Shown here piece by piece: positions 42,664 to 52,729 of a stretch of 64,000 bases of DNA. This DNA is from an uncultured Candidatus Entotheonella sp. (lineage in GTDB: Bacteria; Tectomicrobia; Entotheonellia; Entotheonellales; Entotheonellaceae), in NCBI GenBank assembly GCA_965217185.1, contig OZ244252.1, forward strand, positions 2,144,001-2,208,000, written 5' to 3'. A program made the translations under genes and the position numbers. Under the pieces are notes generated by a model. The model was not told the origin of the DNA, made no database searches, and was given only the letters and a program-made list of their open reading frames with translations. Position 1 is the first letter of the stretch. Each line of letters opens with the position of its first letter.

Positions 42664-43903
42664 GGGCATCTCTAATAATACCCATCTCCCACGTGGTTTA
42701 GAATCACTGAAACACGTCAACCAACAAGGCCGGAGGAGTGCAACATGGCTCAGATGGGCTTTTTCGATATCGAGAATCGCTACGCCGCTCTGGACGCCAA
42801 AAACGATCCCCTGGTGAAGGTCAACGCTGCCGTTCCGTGGGAAGCGTTCCGCAGCCGCCTGGAGAGAGTCTGGCGCAAGCCAGCCGACAAGCGCAAGTCC
42901 AATGCGGGGTGCAAGCCGTGGGATGCCATCGTCATGTTCAAGGCCATCATTTTGTGCGCCCTCCTTTGTGCGCTTCTTGGGCTTGACACTCGAAGACAAG
43001 GTGCCCGATGCCAAGACGGTGTGGCTCTACCGCGAACAGTTGTCACAGGCCGGCCTCATCGATGCCTTGTTCGAGGATTTCGACGGCTACCTGAAAAGCC
43101 AGGGCTACCAGGCGATGGGTGGCCAGATCATCGATGCTTCGATTGTCGCGGTTCCCATGCAACGCAATCGTCGTGACGACAATGAGCAGATCAAACGGGG
43201 TGAGACACCTGAGGCCTGGGCTGACAAGCCAGCCAAGCGTCGACAAAAGGACAGGGATGCGCGCTGGACGAAGAAGCACGGCAAGAGCCACTATGGCTAC
43301 AAGAATCACGTCACCATCGACCGTCGGCACAAGCTGATACGGCGTTACCGGGTGACGGATGCGGCGGTGCACGACAGCCAAGTGATTGAGGAGTTGCTTA
43401 CGTCGGACAACACGGCAAGCGGTGTCTGGGCGGACAGCGCCTAGCGGTCGAAAGCCATTGAAGCGACGCTGAAGGCCAGGGGTTTGAGGAGTCGGATTCA
43501 TCGCAAGGGCTATCGCAACCGTCCGTTGCGTGATTGGGAGAAGGCGGGCAACCAGAGTCGTTCACGGTTTCGGGTACGGGTAGAGCATGTCTTCGGGGCG
43601 CAGCAAAACGACATGGGCGGGACGTTGGTTCGCAGCATCGGGCTCGTACGGGCGCGAGGGCGCGGATAGGTCTTAAGAACCTTGCCTACAACATGCGTCG
43701 CCTGATTCAATTACAACGCCTTGCGAGCGCCAGTTGAGCGCCAACGGTGCGGAAGGGTGCACCGGAGGCCCTCATTGGAAGGCGAATCCTCCTTGCAGGG
43801 AGGCAGTCCCCCTGGACAGCCGAGTTCATTTTCTCACCGACATGCCAGCGAATTGCCACTCTCGCCATCTATGACTATCCACGAGGCATTTTTCGAGATG
43901 CCC
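42664..43903 (+). mobile_element. IS5-family element copy 1, defective (50-bp deletion near 42963, TAG 43442-43444, distal frameshift)
   Basis: TIRs GGGCATCTC / GAGATGCCC; TSD TTTA; transposase motifs VPDAKT, IIDAS, YGYKNH, VEHVFG. Confidence 0.92.
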
Positions 43904-44210
43904 TTTACTCCGAGATGGCGGCCCAATAGGGTCAAGATGCAATTTGGTGTTTTTGTCTGTAATCGTCCATGGGCCGGACTCTCTCATAATGACGCCATGC
44001 TTTGTACCCCATACCCCCTCCCTTGTCCAGACGGCGAGCCCGCTGCGCAAGCCGCGCCGCTACCTTGACATCAAAACACCGATAGCTTAATAGGTGGGGC
44101 TTTCACGACGCATCCGAACGCGGTGGCGTGCACACCGCAAGATAGCCCACAGGCAGCAACCGGCCGACAGCAGGGAGGTCCATCGCTGCCCAGTCGGGAG
44201 GAAAGGAACG

Positions 44211-45827
44211 ATGAGAGACGTACCCGAGATACATGCACCAGGGGTCGAGTTGAGTCGGCGGGAATTTGTAGCCGGCGCCGGTGGCGCCGTGGTTGGTCTA
44301 TCGGCTCTGGGTCTGCCCGCCGTTAGCGCCGAAGCGGCTACGCCGCAGCATGGGGGCTCGGTCAAGATCGGTTTGCGGAGCGACGTCAGCCGCCTCGACC
44401 CGCATCCCCTTTTTCCCCCTTACCCTACGTCCAACGCTGTGGCGCTGCTCTACAACGGCATCACCGAGGTGGACGCCGACGCCAACATCGTCCCCGCTCT
44501 GGCGCATGCCTGGGAGGTTTCCGAGGACGGCCTGACGTGGACCTGGCACATCCGCAAGGACGTGACTTTTCACAACGGCCGCTCGATGACCGGGGCCGAC
44601 ATCAAGGCCAACATCGAGCGGATACTCAACCCCAGGACCGGGGCGATCATTCGCGGCGAACTGGACATCATCGACCGACTGGACATGCTCGACGACTACA
44701 CCCTGCGCATGACCCTGAAGTACAAGTACTATCCTCTCCCCTCCGTTCTGTCCAACCGCTGGCTGCCGATTCTCGACCCGGAAACCTTTGACACCGCCAA
44801 GAAACTTCCCGTCGGCACCGGGCCGTTCAAGCTCGTCTCCTGGAAACGCCTGCACACCACCGAGATGGTCCGGCACGAGGGGTATTGGGAAAAGGACGCC
44901 GACGGCAAGGCTTTGCCCTACCTCGATGAGCTTATCGGCAAGCCCTTGGCCGACGACACGGTGCGCCTCACTGCCCTGCGCACCGGCGAAGTGGACGTGG
45001 TCGACGCGGTCAGCTACCGCGACTTGTCGCGCTTCATGGAGGAGTGGACCGAGCAGTTCGACACCTATCTGATCAAGGCCATCGGCACCACCTGGTACTG
45101 CTTCAATACCCAGAATCCGCCCTTCGACGACGTGCGGGTGCGCCGCGCCGCCGCCCTGGCGCTGGACAAACAGGCCATCCTGGACAAGACCCTGTTTGGG
45201 CATGGCGAGATCATGAACCAGTACTACCCGCAAGCCTCGCCGTGGCATCTGCCGGGCACAACAACGCGCGAGCAAGACGTCGAGGAGGCCAAGCGCCTGC
45301 TCGAAGAGGCGGGCGTCAAGCCGGGCACGCCTCTCACCTTGGTCACCTACGCGCGGTACAACTACGTCAAAGAGTCCAGCCAGATTTTTCAGCAGGACCT
45401 GCGCAAGCTCGGTTTCTCCGTGGACCTGAAAGTCCTGGACGCTGGCCCCCTGCGTACGGCCCTGTCCGGCCGCCGGTTCCACATTTCCGGCCTCGGCACC
45501 GAACACCGCATGGACCCGCACGAGTACTATTTCAGGGAATTGAGCTCCAAGAGCCCGATACAGAAACGGTTCTACAGCGCCTGGGTGAACCCGGACTATG
45601 ACAAGCTGATCTACGAAGCCCGGCGCACCGCCAACCGGGAGGCGCGCATGCAACTCTACGCCGAGGCCGAAAAACTCATCCAGGCGGACGTGCCCACCGT
45701 GCGCGTGATCAGCGCCCACACCCTGTCTGCCTGGCGGAACGGGCTGCAGGGCTACAGCCCGAACGTCGCCGGCAACATGACCTACAACCACGGGGGGCTG
45801 CGCACTGCTTGGCTCAAAACCGGCTAA
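44211..45827 (+). CDS. ABC transporter substrate-binding protein, family 5 (Tat signal)
   Basis: SRREF Tat motif, VPALA..WE, FHNG, GTGPFK. Confidence 0.9.
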   Translation: MRDVPEIHAPGVELSRREFVAGAGGAVVGLSALGLPAVSAEAATPQHGGSVKIGLRSDVSRLDPHPLFPPYPTSNAVALLYNGITEVDADANIVPALAHAWEVSEDGLTWTWHIRKDVTFHNGRSMTGADIKANIERILNPRTGAIIRGELDIIDRLDMLDDYTLRMTLKYKYYPLPSVLSNRWLPILDPETFDTAKKLPVGTGPFKLVSWKRLHTTEMVRHEGYWEKDADGKALPYLDELIGKPLADDTVRLTALRTGEVDVVDAVSYRDLSRFMEEWTEQFDTYLIKAIGTTWYCFNTQNPPFDDVRVRRAAALALDKQAILDKTLFGHGEIMNQYYPQASPWHLPGTTTREQDVEEAKRLLEEAGVKPGTPLTLVTYARYNYVKESSQIFQQDLRKLGFSVDLKVLDAGPLRTALSGRRFHISGLGTEHRMDPHEYYFRELSSKSPIQKRFYSAWVNPDYDKLIYEARRTANREARMQLYAEAEKLIQADVPTVRVISAHTLSAWRNGLQGYSPNVAGNMTYNHGGLRTAWLKTG

Positions 45828-45869
45828 GCCATTTTTCGGCTCTGGATGAACCATTCAGGACCCCCCAAA

Positions 45870-45941
45870 CGTCATTCCGGGCTTGACCCGGAATCCGGGG
45901 GTTTGCGGCAACAGTGGATTCCCGCGAAAGCGGGAATGACG
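45870..45941. repeat. REP doublet (REPIN-like inverted pair of hairpins)
   Basis: GTCATTCCGGGCTTGACCCGGAATCC (45871-45896) and GGATTCCCGCGAAAGCGGGAATGAC (45916-45940). Confidence 0.85.
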
Positions 45942-46034
45942 AACGATGCCCCTTGACTCTCAACCCATTCCATCAAACCAATGCGCCGCTGCCACCCTGC
46001 ACGCTAGTGGGATTGACCGAAGAGGAGAAGCTTG

Positions 46035-47654
46035 ATGAAAGACCTGTCCGAGCTACACGTACCAGGAACCGAGTTGAGTCGGCGTGAATTCGTGGCCGGC
46101 GCCGGCGGCGCCGTGGTCGGGATGTCGGCCCTGGGCCTGCCGGCCGGCAGCGCCGAGGCGGCCACGCCGAACTATGGGGGCTCAATCAAGATCGGCTTGC
46201 GGAGCGACATCAGCCGCCTCGACCCGCACCCTCTCTTTCCGCCGTATCCCACGTCCAACGCCATGGCGCTGCTGTACAACGGCCTGACCGAGGCGGACGC
46301 CAACACCAACATCGTCCCCGCCCTGGCGCACGCCTGGGAAACCTCCAAGGACGGCCTGACGTGGACCTGGCACATCCGCAAGGACGTCACCTTTCACAAC
46401 GGTCGCCCGATGACGGGCGCCGACGTCAAGGCCAACATCGAACGGGTGCTCACCCCCAAGGTCGGCTCCGTCATTCGCGGCGAGCTGGAAATCATCGATC
46501 GTATGGACATGCTTGATGACTACACCCTGCGCATGACCCTGAAGGACAAGTACTACCCGCTGCCGGCGATGCTGACCAACCGCTGGCTGCCGATCCTCGA
46601 CCCACAAACCTTCGAGACCGCCAAGGAGCACCCCATCGCCACCGGGCCATTCAAATACGTCTCCTGGAAGCGCCTGCACACCACCGTCATGGCCCGTCAC
46701 GAGGGGTACTGGGAACGGGACGCCGACGGCAACGCCCTGCCGTACCTCGATGAGATCATCGGCAAGCCGCTGGCCGACGACACCGTGCGCCTCACCGCTC
46801 TGCGCACCGGCGAGGTGGACATGATCGACGCCGTCAGCTACCGCGACCAGACCCGCTTCATGCAGGAATGGACCGACCAGTTCGACACCTATCTGATCAA
46901 AGCCCTCGGCACCATCTGGTATTACTTCAACGCCGAAAAGCCGCCTTTCAACGACGTGCGGGTACGCCAGGCTGCCGCCCTGGCGCTGGACAAGCGCGCC
47001 ATTCTGAACAAGACCCTCTTCGGGCACGGCGAAATCATGCACCAGTACTACCCGCAAGCCTCGCCGTGGCGCCTGTCGGGCACCTCGCCGTGGGAGCACG
47101 ACGTCGACAAGGCCAAGCAACTGCTCAAGGAGGCGGGTGTCAAGCCGGGCACCAAGCTCACCCTGGTCACCTTCGCACGCTACAACTACATCAAGGAGGG
47201 CGCCCAGATTTTCCAGCAGAACCTGCGTCAGCTGGGCTTGTTCGTGGACCTGAAAATCCTCGACGCCGGCCCCATGCGCGTCGCCCTGAAAAGCCGTGAG
47301 TTCGACATCTTCGGCCTGGGCAGCGAGCACCGCATGGACCCGCACGAGTACTACTTCAAGGAACTGAGCTCCAAGAGCCCGGTGCACAACCAGTTCTACA
47401 GCGGCTGGGTGAACCCGGACTACGACGCGTTGATCGATGAAGCGCGGCGCACCGCTGATCGGGAGGCCCGCAAGGAGCTATACGCTAGGGCCGAAGGGCT
47501 CATCCAGGCGGAAGTCCCCAAGGTTCGCTCGATCTGTGCCCACAACCTGTCCGCTTGGCAAAACGGCTTGCAGGGCTACAGCCCGAACGTCGCCGGCAAC
47601 CTCACCTACAACCACGGCGGCTTCCGCACCGCGTGGCTGAAGAACAGCGGCTAG
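46035..47654 (+). CDS. ABC transporter substrate-binding protein, family 5 (tandem paralogue)
   Basis: Co-linear with and highly similar to 44211-45827. Confidence 0.9.
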   Translation: MKDLSELHVPGTELSRREFVAGAGGAVVGMSALGLPAGSAEAATPNYGGSIKIGLRSDISRLDPHPLFPPYPTSNAMALLYNGLTEADANTNIVPALAHAWETSKDGLTWTWHIRKDVTFHNGRPMTGADVKANIERVLTPKVGSVIRGELEIIDRMDMLDDYTLRMTLKDKYYPLPAMLTNRWLPILDPQTFETAKEHPIATGPFKYVSWKRLHTTVMARHEGYWERDADGNALPYLDEIIGKPLADDTVRLTALRTGEVDMIDAVSYRDQTRFMQEWTDQFDTYLIKALGTIWYYFNAEKPPFNDVRVRQAAALALDKRAILNKTLFGHGEIMHQYYPQASPWRLSGTSPWEHDVDKAKQLLKEAGVKPGTKLTLVTFARYNYIKEGAQIFQQNLRQLGLFVDLKILDAGPMRVALKSREFDIFGLGSEHRMDPHEYYFKELSSKSPVHNQFYSGWVNPDYDALIDEARRTADREARKELYARAEGLIQAEVPKVRSICAHNLSAWQNGLQGYSPNVAGNLTYNHGGFRTAWLKNSG

Positions 47655-47918
47655 GAGAGGGCGAAGGGTTTTTCTGGTTTCCGTTCAGAATAAGGGCTTC
47701 AACATGGGCGAGTTAACCACCGCTGAGACCATTGCCGCATGGCGAGTCGCGGTGACGGCCGGTATCGGCCTGCTGCAAGGTGCCCTGATATGGGTGGGCC
47801 TGAGGCAAATGCGGATAGCAAGCGCGGCACGTGACCGGCAACTGGACAACCAGGAGGTGGCCGCGGCGGACCGCCTGACGCTGGCGCGTACCCGAACGGC
47901 GTGAGGAGCGCCACACGC

Positions 47919-49103
47919 ATGCCAACCCGCGTCTTGCGGCTTTCCGAGGCCATTGGCCGGCGTTTGCGGCGCCGGGAGGCGAGAGAGCAGCTTATCGGGT
48001 ACCTGTTCACGGCGCCCGCGGTGGCGGTTATCGCCCTATTCGGCCTGTTCCCGCTGGGTTACGCCTTCTACATGAGCTTTTTCGCGTGGCGGGTGCGTCA
48101 GGGGCCTTTCCGGGGTCTGCGCAACTACGGCAAGGCGCTGGGGGAACCGCAGGGGATTCTCCTCTTTGCCGGCGCCATCGCCCTGCTGGTGCTGGCCGTG
48201 TGGGTGTGGCGACGGGCCTATCGGGCCGCCGCCGGGCGCCGGCTGCCCGGCTTGCTGGCCGCCGTAGCGTTGTTGGTGGCGGCCGGTGTGGCAGCGGTTA
48301 CGGGCTGGGGCCGTATGCTGGAAACGGGCGACGTGAGATTCCTCAACGCCCTGCCCGTCACCGTCTACTACGCCCTCGGCAGCATCCCCTTACAGCTCGC
48401 CATCGCCCTGGCGTTGGCCTGCGTGCTGTTCCAGAACCTGCGCGGCAGCGCCTTCTTCCGCATGGTCTTTTTCCTGCCGTACGTCATGCCGACCGTCGCC
48501 ACCGCCACCGTCTTCCGCAGCATTTTCAGCTCGCGCGACACGTCGATGGCCAATCAGTTTCTGGCCCTGTTCGGCCTCGAACCTCAGCTGTGGCTAGCCG
48601 AATCCCGGCCAATCCTCGAAATCCTCTTCGGCTGGCAACTAGGGGGGGCGGGACAAGGCTTGCCAGCCATGGGCGGCCCCAGCCTGGCCCTGGTATCCAT
48701 CATCCTCTTCGGCGTCTGGACCTTCGTGGGCTACAACGTCGTCATCTTCCTCGCCGGCCTCGGCTCCATCTCGGGCGAGCTGTACGAAGCCGCCGAGCTC
48801 GACGGTGCCAACCGCTGGGACGTGTTCCGCCACATCACCTTTCCGCTGCTGTCGCCGGTCACCTTTTACCTGGCGCTCATCGACTTCATCGGCGCTCTCA
48901 AAGCCTTCAATCACATCTTCGTGATGCGCTCGCCGCTGGCGCAGGGCACGGTCAACACCGCCAGCATGGTTATTTTCGACACGTTTTATCTGGCCAACCA
49001 GTACGGCTATGCGGCGGCGCAGGTCGTCCTGCTGTTCCTGATGATCCTCGGCGTCACGTACGCGCAGAACCGCGTTTTCGGAAGGAGCGTAATCTATGAC
49101 TGA
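47919..49103 (+). CDS. Carbohydrate ABC transporter permease
   Basis: FFLPY, LYEAAELDGA, FRHITFPLLSP; start uncertain (47901 or 47919). Confidence 0.88.
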   Translation: MPTRVLRLSEAIGRRLRRREAREQLIGYLFTAPAVAVIALFGLFPLGYAFYMSFFAWRVRQGPFRGLRNYGKALGEPQGILLFAGAIALLVLAVWVWRRAYRAAAGRRLPGLLAAVALLVAAGVAAVTGWGRMLETGDVRFLNALPVTVYYALGSIPLQLAIALALACVLFQNLRGSAFFRMVFFLPYVMPTVATATVFRSIFSSRDTSMANQFLALFGLEPQLWLAESRPILEILFGWQLGGAGQGLPAMGGPSLALVSIILFGVWTFVGYNVVIFLAGLGSISGELYEAAELDGANRWDVFRHITFPLLSPVTFYLALIDFIGALKAFNHIFVMRSPLAQGTVNTASMVIFDTFYLANQYGYAAAQVVLLFLMILGVTYAQNRVFGRSVIYD

Positions 49104-49977
49104 GAGCGCCGTGCAAAGACAGGCCGTCCTGCAGCCTAAAACGACGCTGCACGTCGGGCGTCTTAGCCTGTACCTCGTCCTTGTATTGGGGGCCGTGGTG
49201 GTGGCGCTGCCGTTTTGCTGGATGGTCTCCACCTCGCTGATGACCCTGGGCGAGACGATCAACCGGCAATGGCTGCCCGGCACGCCGCGCTGGCAGAACT
49301 ACCAGACGGCCTGGACGGAAGCGCGCTTCGCCGTCTATTTCCTGAACAGCGTGATCATCACGGTTACCTCGCTCGCCGGGCTGTTGACGACCTCCATCCT
49401 CGCCGCCTACGCCTTCGCGCGCCTGCAATTCGCCGGCCGCGAGATTATTTTCTTCGGCCTGCTGAGCACCATGATGATCCCCGAGGCCATGACCCTGTTG
49501 CCCAGTTTTCTGATCATCCGCGGCGACGTGATTCCCCTGCCGGGCGGCTCGTGGCTGAACACCCTGCAAGGGCTGACGGTGCCGTTCATGGCCAGCGCCT
49601 TCAGCATTTTCCTGCTGCGGCAGTTCTTCCGGCGCCTGCCGGTGGAACTGTGGGACGCCGCCTGCATTGACGGCTGCGGCCACCTGCGCTTTCTCACCAC
49701 CGTGGCGCTGCCGCTCAGCAAGGCGCCGCTGCTGACAGTATCGCTGTTCGGCTTCATCGCCTCGTGGGACGCCCTGCTGTGGCCGCTGCTCGTCACCACG
49801 CGCGAAACCTGGCGCCCCCTCATGGTGGGCCTGTGGTCCCTGGTCACTGAAGCGGGCCCGGAAACCCAGCTCTTCATGGCCGGGGCCACCATCACCCTGC
49901 TGCCCATCCTCGTGATCTACTTCCTGGTGCAACGACATTTCACCGAGGGCATTATGACTTCGGGCCTCAAGGGATGA
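49096..49977 (+). CDS. Carbohydrate ABC transporter permease
   Basis: AAYAFARL, IFLLRQFF, DAACIDG. Confidence 0.9.
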   Translation: MTESAVQRQAVLQPKTTLHVGRLSLYLVLVLGAVVVALPFCWMVSTSLMTLGETINRQWLPGTPRWQNYQTAWTEARFAVYFLNSVIITVTSLAGLLTTSILAAYAFARLQFAGREIIFFGLLSTMMIPEAMTLLPSFLIIRGDVIPLPGGSWLNTLQGLTVPFMASAFSIFLLRQFFRRLPVELWDAACIDGCGHLRFLTTVALPLSKAPLLTVSLFGFIASWDALLWPLLVTTRETWRPLMVGLWSLVTEAGPETQLFMAGATITLLPILVIYFLVQRHFTEGIMTSGLKG

Positions 49978-49982
49978 AAAGG

Positions 49983-50056
49983 CAGTGGCCAGTGGTCAGT
50001 GACCACTGGCCAGCAAAGGCAAGAACCGGCCGCTGGCCACTGGCCACCGGCCACTG
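49983..50056. repeat. Intergenic inverted heptamer arrays (CAGTGGC-like / ACTGGCC-like)
   Basis: CAGTGGC CAGTGGT CAGTGAC CACTGGC ... ACCGGCC GCTGGCC ACTGGCC ACCGGCC ACTG. Confidence 0.75.
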
Positions 50057-50066
50057 ATTTTGAGGA

Positions 50067-51428
50067 GTGCCGAACCCCATGCTATACCGTATCGTACTGT
50101 CCCTGACAGCCGCCATTGCGCTCGCTTTCATCCTTCTCGCTGCGCCGGCCGGCGCGCAATCCGACCCCTGGGTTGCGGTCGATCCGAGCAACCAGGACCT
50201 GGTGTTCTGGCACAACCACACCCGCAACCGCCAGGATGCCCTGCAGGCTATCGTGCAGACTTTTAACGAAAGCAATCCATACGGCATCACCATCACCCAG
50301 GAAACCCAGGGCACCTACGCCGACATCTTTCGGAAAATGCTGGGCCTGCTCGGCACACCGGAGGTCCCCGACCTTGTGGTGGCCTACCAGAACCAGGCGG
50401 CCACCTACCAACTGCGCGACGCCCTCGTCGACATGACCTCGCTGATGCAAAGCCCGAAGTGGGGGCTGTCGGCGGAGGAACAGGCCGACTTCTTCCCCGC
50501 CTTTTTCCGGCAGGACATCTTCCCCCTCTTCGACAACGCCCGCTTGGGCTTGGCGCCGAACCGCTCGATGGAAGTCCTCTACTACAACCGCGACTGGCTG
50601 GCAGAACTCGGCTACGACGAGCCGCCGAGCACGCCGGAGGCGTTCAAGGCGGTGGCGTGCAAAGCCGCCCAAACGCCGTTCAGAAAGGCCGACGGCAGCA
50701 GCACGATGGGCTATCAGCTCAGCCTCGACGCCTCGCGCCTGGCAAGCTGGACTTTTGCCTTCGGCGGCGACATTTTCGATTACGAAACACGCCTGTACAG
50801 CTATGACAGCGACGGTGCCCAACAAGCCATGGCGTTCCTGCAGGGCCTGTACGCCGAGGGCTGCGCGCGGCCGGTCAGCGAACGCGGCGGCGCCCTGGCC
50901 GACTTCAGCACCGGGCGCCTGCTGTTCACCTCGGCGTCCAGTTCTGGCCTGCCGTTCTTCAAGGCAGCCGTCGACGCCGGCGCCAAGTTCGACTGGGGTG
51001 TCGCGCCGCTGCCGCACACCACGCCGACGCCTGTCATGAACATCTACGGCGCCAGCGTCAGCATGCCCAAGAGCACACCGGAGCGCGAGTTGGCAACGTG
51101 GCTGTTCATCAGGTATTTCACCAGCCCGGAAGTGCAGGCGGGGTGGGGACAGGCGGCCAATTACTTCCCGGTGCGGCAGAGCGCCGCGCAGCGCCTGGAC
51201 GACTACTTCCAGCGCCACGGCGCCTACAAGACCGCTTTTGACCTGCTGCAGTACGGCCGCCACGAGCCGCCGGTGCCGGGCTACGACTTCGTGCGCGCCA
51301 TGGCCGAGGAAGCCCTGGCCGCCATTTTCGCGCAGGGCCGCGAGGTGGAAAAGACGCTGGCCAGGCTGAATCGGGATGCCAACGTCAGCCTCCAGGAGCA
51401 GTTGGAGTATCTGCCGTCAGCCGAGTGA
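50067..51428 (+). CDS. Carbohydrate/G3P-type ABC substrate-binding protein
   Basis: Signal peptide, VFWH, FNESNP, LYYNRD, YFPVR. Confidence 0.88.
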   Translation: MPNPMLYRIVLSLTAAIALAFILLAAPAGAQSDPWVAVDPSNQDLVFWHNHTRNRQDALQAIVQTFNESNPYGITITQETQGTYADIFRKMLGLLGTPEVPDLVVAYQNQAATYQLRDALVDMTSLMQSPKWGLSAEEQADFFPAFFRQDIFPLFDNARLGLAPNRSMEVLYYNRDWLAELGYDEPPSTPEAFKAVACKAAQTPFRKADGSSTMGYQLSLDASRLASWTFAFGGDIFDYETRLYSYDSDGAQQAMAFLQGLYAEGCARPVSERGGALADFSTGRLLFTSASSSGLPFFKAAVDAGAKFDWGVAPLPHTTPTPVMNIYGASVSMPKSTPERELATWLFIRYFTSPEVQAGWGQAANYFPVRQSAAQRLDDYFQRHGAYKTAFDLLQYGRHEPPVPGYDFVRAMAEEALAAIFAQGREVEKTLARLNRDANVSLQEQLEYLPSAE

Positions 51429-51445
51429 GAGGCGTAGCGGGGAAG

Positions 51446-52687
51446 TCATTCCGTAACGTGCTGCTGCGGTCGGGCGAGCCAGAAGACCCCAGACAGCATC
51501 AGCAAGCCGCCGCTTATGACGGCCAGGATGCGGGGCGTCAGGGCGGCGTAATCCAGTCCCCAGGCGGTCGCCAGGGTGGCCAGTGTCATAATGACGGTGA
51601 AGAGCATGAAATCGGCCGCGAATATCCGCCCGCGGTAGGCATCCGGCACGCTGATCTGCAGCAGCGTCGAACTGAACACCCACAGCACGTTGGACGCCAT
51701 CGTGGCCATGAAAAGCGCCAACGCGGCCCACGCCAGGGTCGGGGTGGCGCCGAATAGCACGTAAGCCCCGCCTGTCAGCACGAAGGCGACACCGATGGTT
51801 CCCACCATCGCCTGCGGATCCTCACCGACCAGCCGCCGGGCCAGCAGCGGTCCGAGCAGCGCGCCGATGCCGCGGGCCATGAACATCATTCCCATGCCGA
51901 TGGCGCCCGCCTCGAAAATGTTCTCGGCAAACAACGCGATGAGAATCACCATGCCGCCGGCCAGCCCGACGCTGCACGCCTTCACGGAAAGCAGCCGCAG
52001 GACGTAGGGCCGCGCCGCCATGTAGCGCAGGCCGCCGCGAAATGACTGCCAGCCGGTATGCCCTGAGTCCGACGAGGCGGCGGCAGACGGAATGGCCACC
52101 CGCATGATGCAACCGGCCGACACCACATAACTGGCGGCATCGAGCAGAAACGCCTCGGTGGTGCCCAGCCAGGCGGTCACGAGGCCGCCGAGCGCAGTGC
52201 CAATGGCCAGCATGGCGGCCCAACTGGCACTGCCCAGGGCGTTGGCCGCCACGAGTTCCCGGCGCGTGGTGATGTTGGGAATGGTGGCTGCGTAAGCGGG
52301 GTGGAAGAAGGCCGAAACCGACGCCAGGACCGCGGTTAGTACGTACGCCAGCCACAGCCGTTCCGCCGAGGTGATAAGCAGGAAACCGAGCGCCAGCACC
52401 GCCCGCACCAGATCGGTTCCGACCATGATCCACTTGCGGCTGAAGCGATCGGCCGCCACGCCGGCCACGGGGCTGAGCACGAACAGTGACGCCGTCTGCG
52501 CGATCATGACGCCGCCCAGCGCCAAGCCGGAAGTGCCGGTGAGTTTCAGCACCAGATGATACAGCGCCATGGTGCGGAACCAGTCGCCGATCATGCTGGC
52601 AGCCAGTCCCAGCCACAGACGCCGGTAGTGAGGGTTGTCGCGCAGCAACGCCCAGTAGCCTGCGGATTCGGTTACGAACAGGGCCAT
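51446..52687 (-). CDS. MFS transporter
   Basis: AGVAADRFSRK motif A, ~12 TM segments. Confidence 0.9.
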   Translation of the reverse strand: MALFVTESAGYWALLRDNPHYRRLWLGLAASMIGDWFRTMALYHLVLKLTGTSGLALGGVMIAQTASLFVLSPVAGVAADRFSRKWIMVGTDLVRAVLALGFLLITSAERLWLAYVLTAVLASVSAFFHPAYAATIPNITTRRELVAANALGSASWAAMLAIGTALGGLVTAWLGTTEAFLLDAASYVVSAGCIMRVAIPSAAASSDSGHTGWQSFRGGLRYMAARPYVLRLLSVKACSVGLAGGMVILIALFAENIFEAGAIGMGMMFMARGIGALLGPLLARRLVGEDPQAMVGTIGVAFVLTGGAYVLFGATPTLAWAALALFMATMASNVLWVFSSTLLQISVPDAYRGRIFAADFMLFTVIMTLATLATAWGLDYAALTPRILAVISGGLLMLSGVFWLARPQQHVTE

Positions 52688-52729
52688 GGCTCGCTCCCAC
52701 TCGCCTGGCTTGGCGCGCCGGGCGCGCGC

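Noticed and set aside
43442..43444. Amber recoding (pyrrolysine or alternative code) in the IS5 transposase
   Set aside because: TAG terminates ordinary genes here (e.g. 18046, 38232, 47654), and a shared frameshift downstream also breaks the ORF
44065..44093. TTGACA-led promoter upstream of the binding-protein gene
   Set aside because: The -10 element is poor at 16-18 bp spacing
47704..47904. Small TM ORF MGELTTAETIAAW...
   Set aside because: Possibly a truncated small membrane protein, but no family can be supported from the sequence alone
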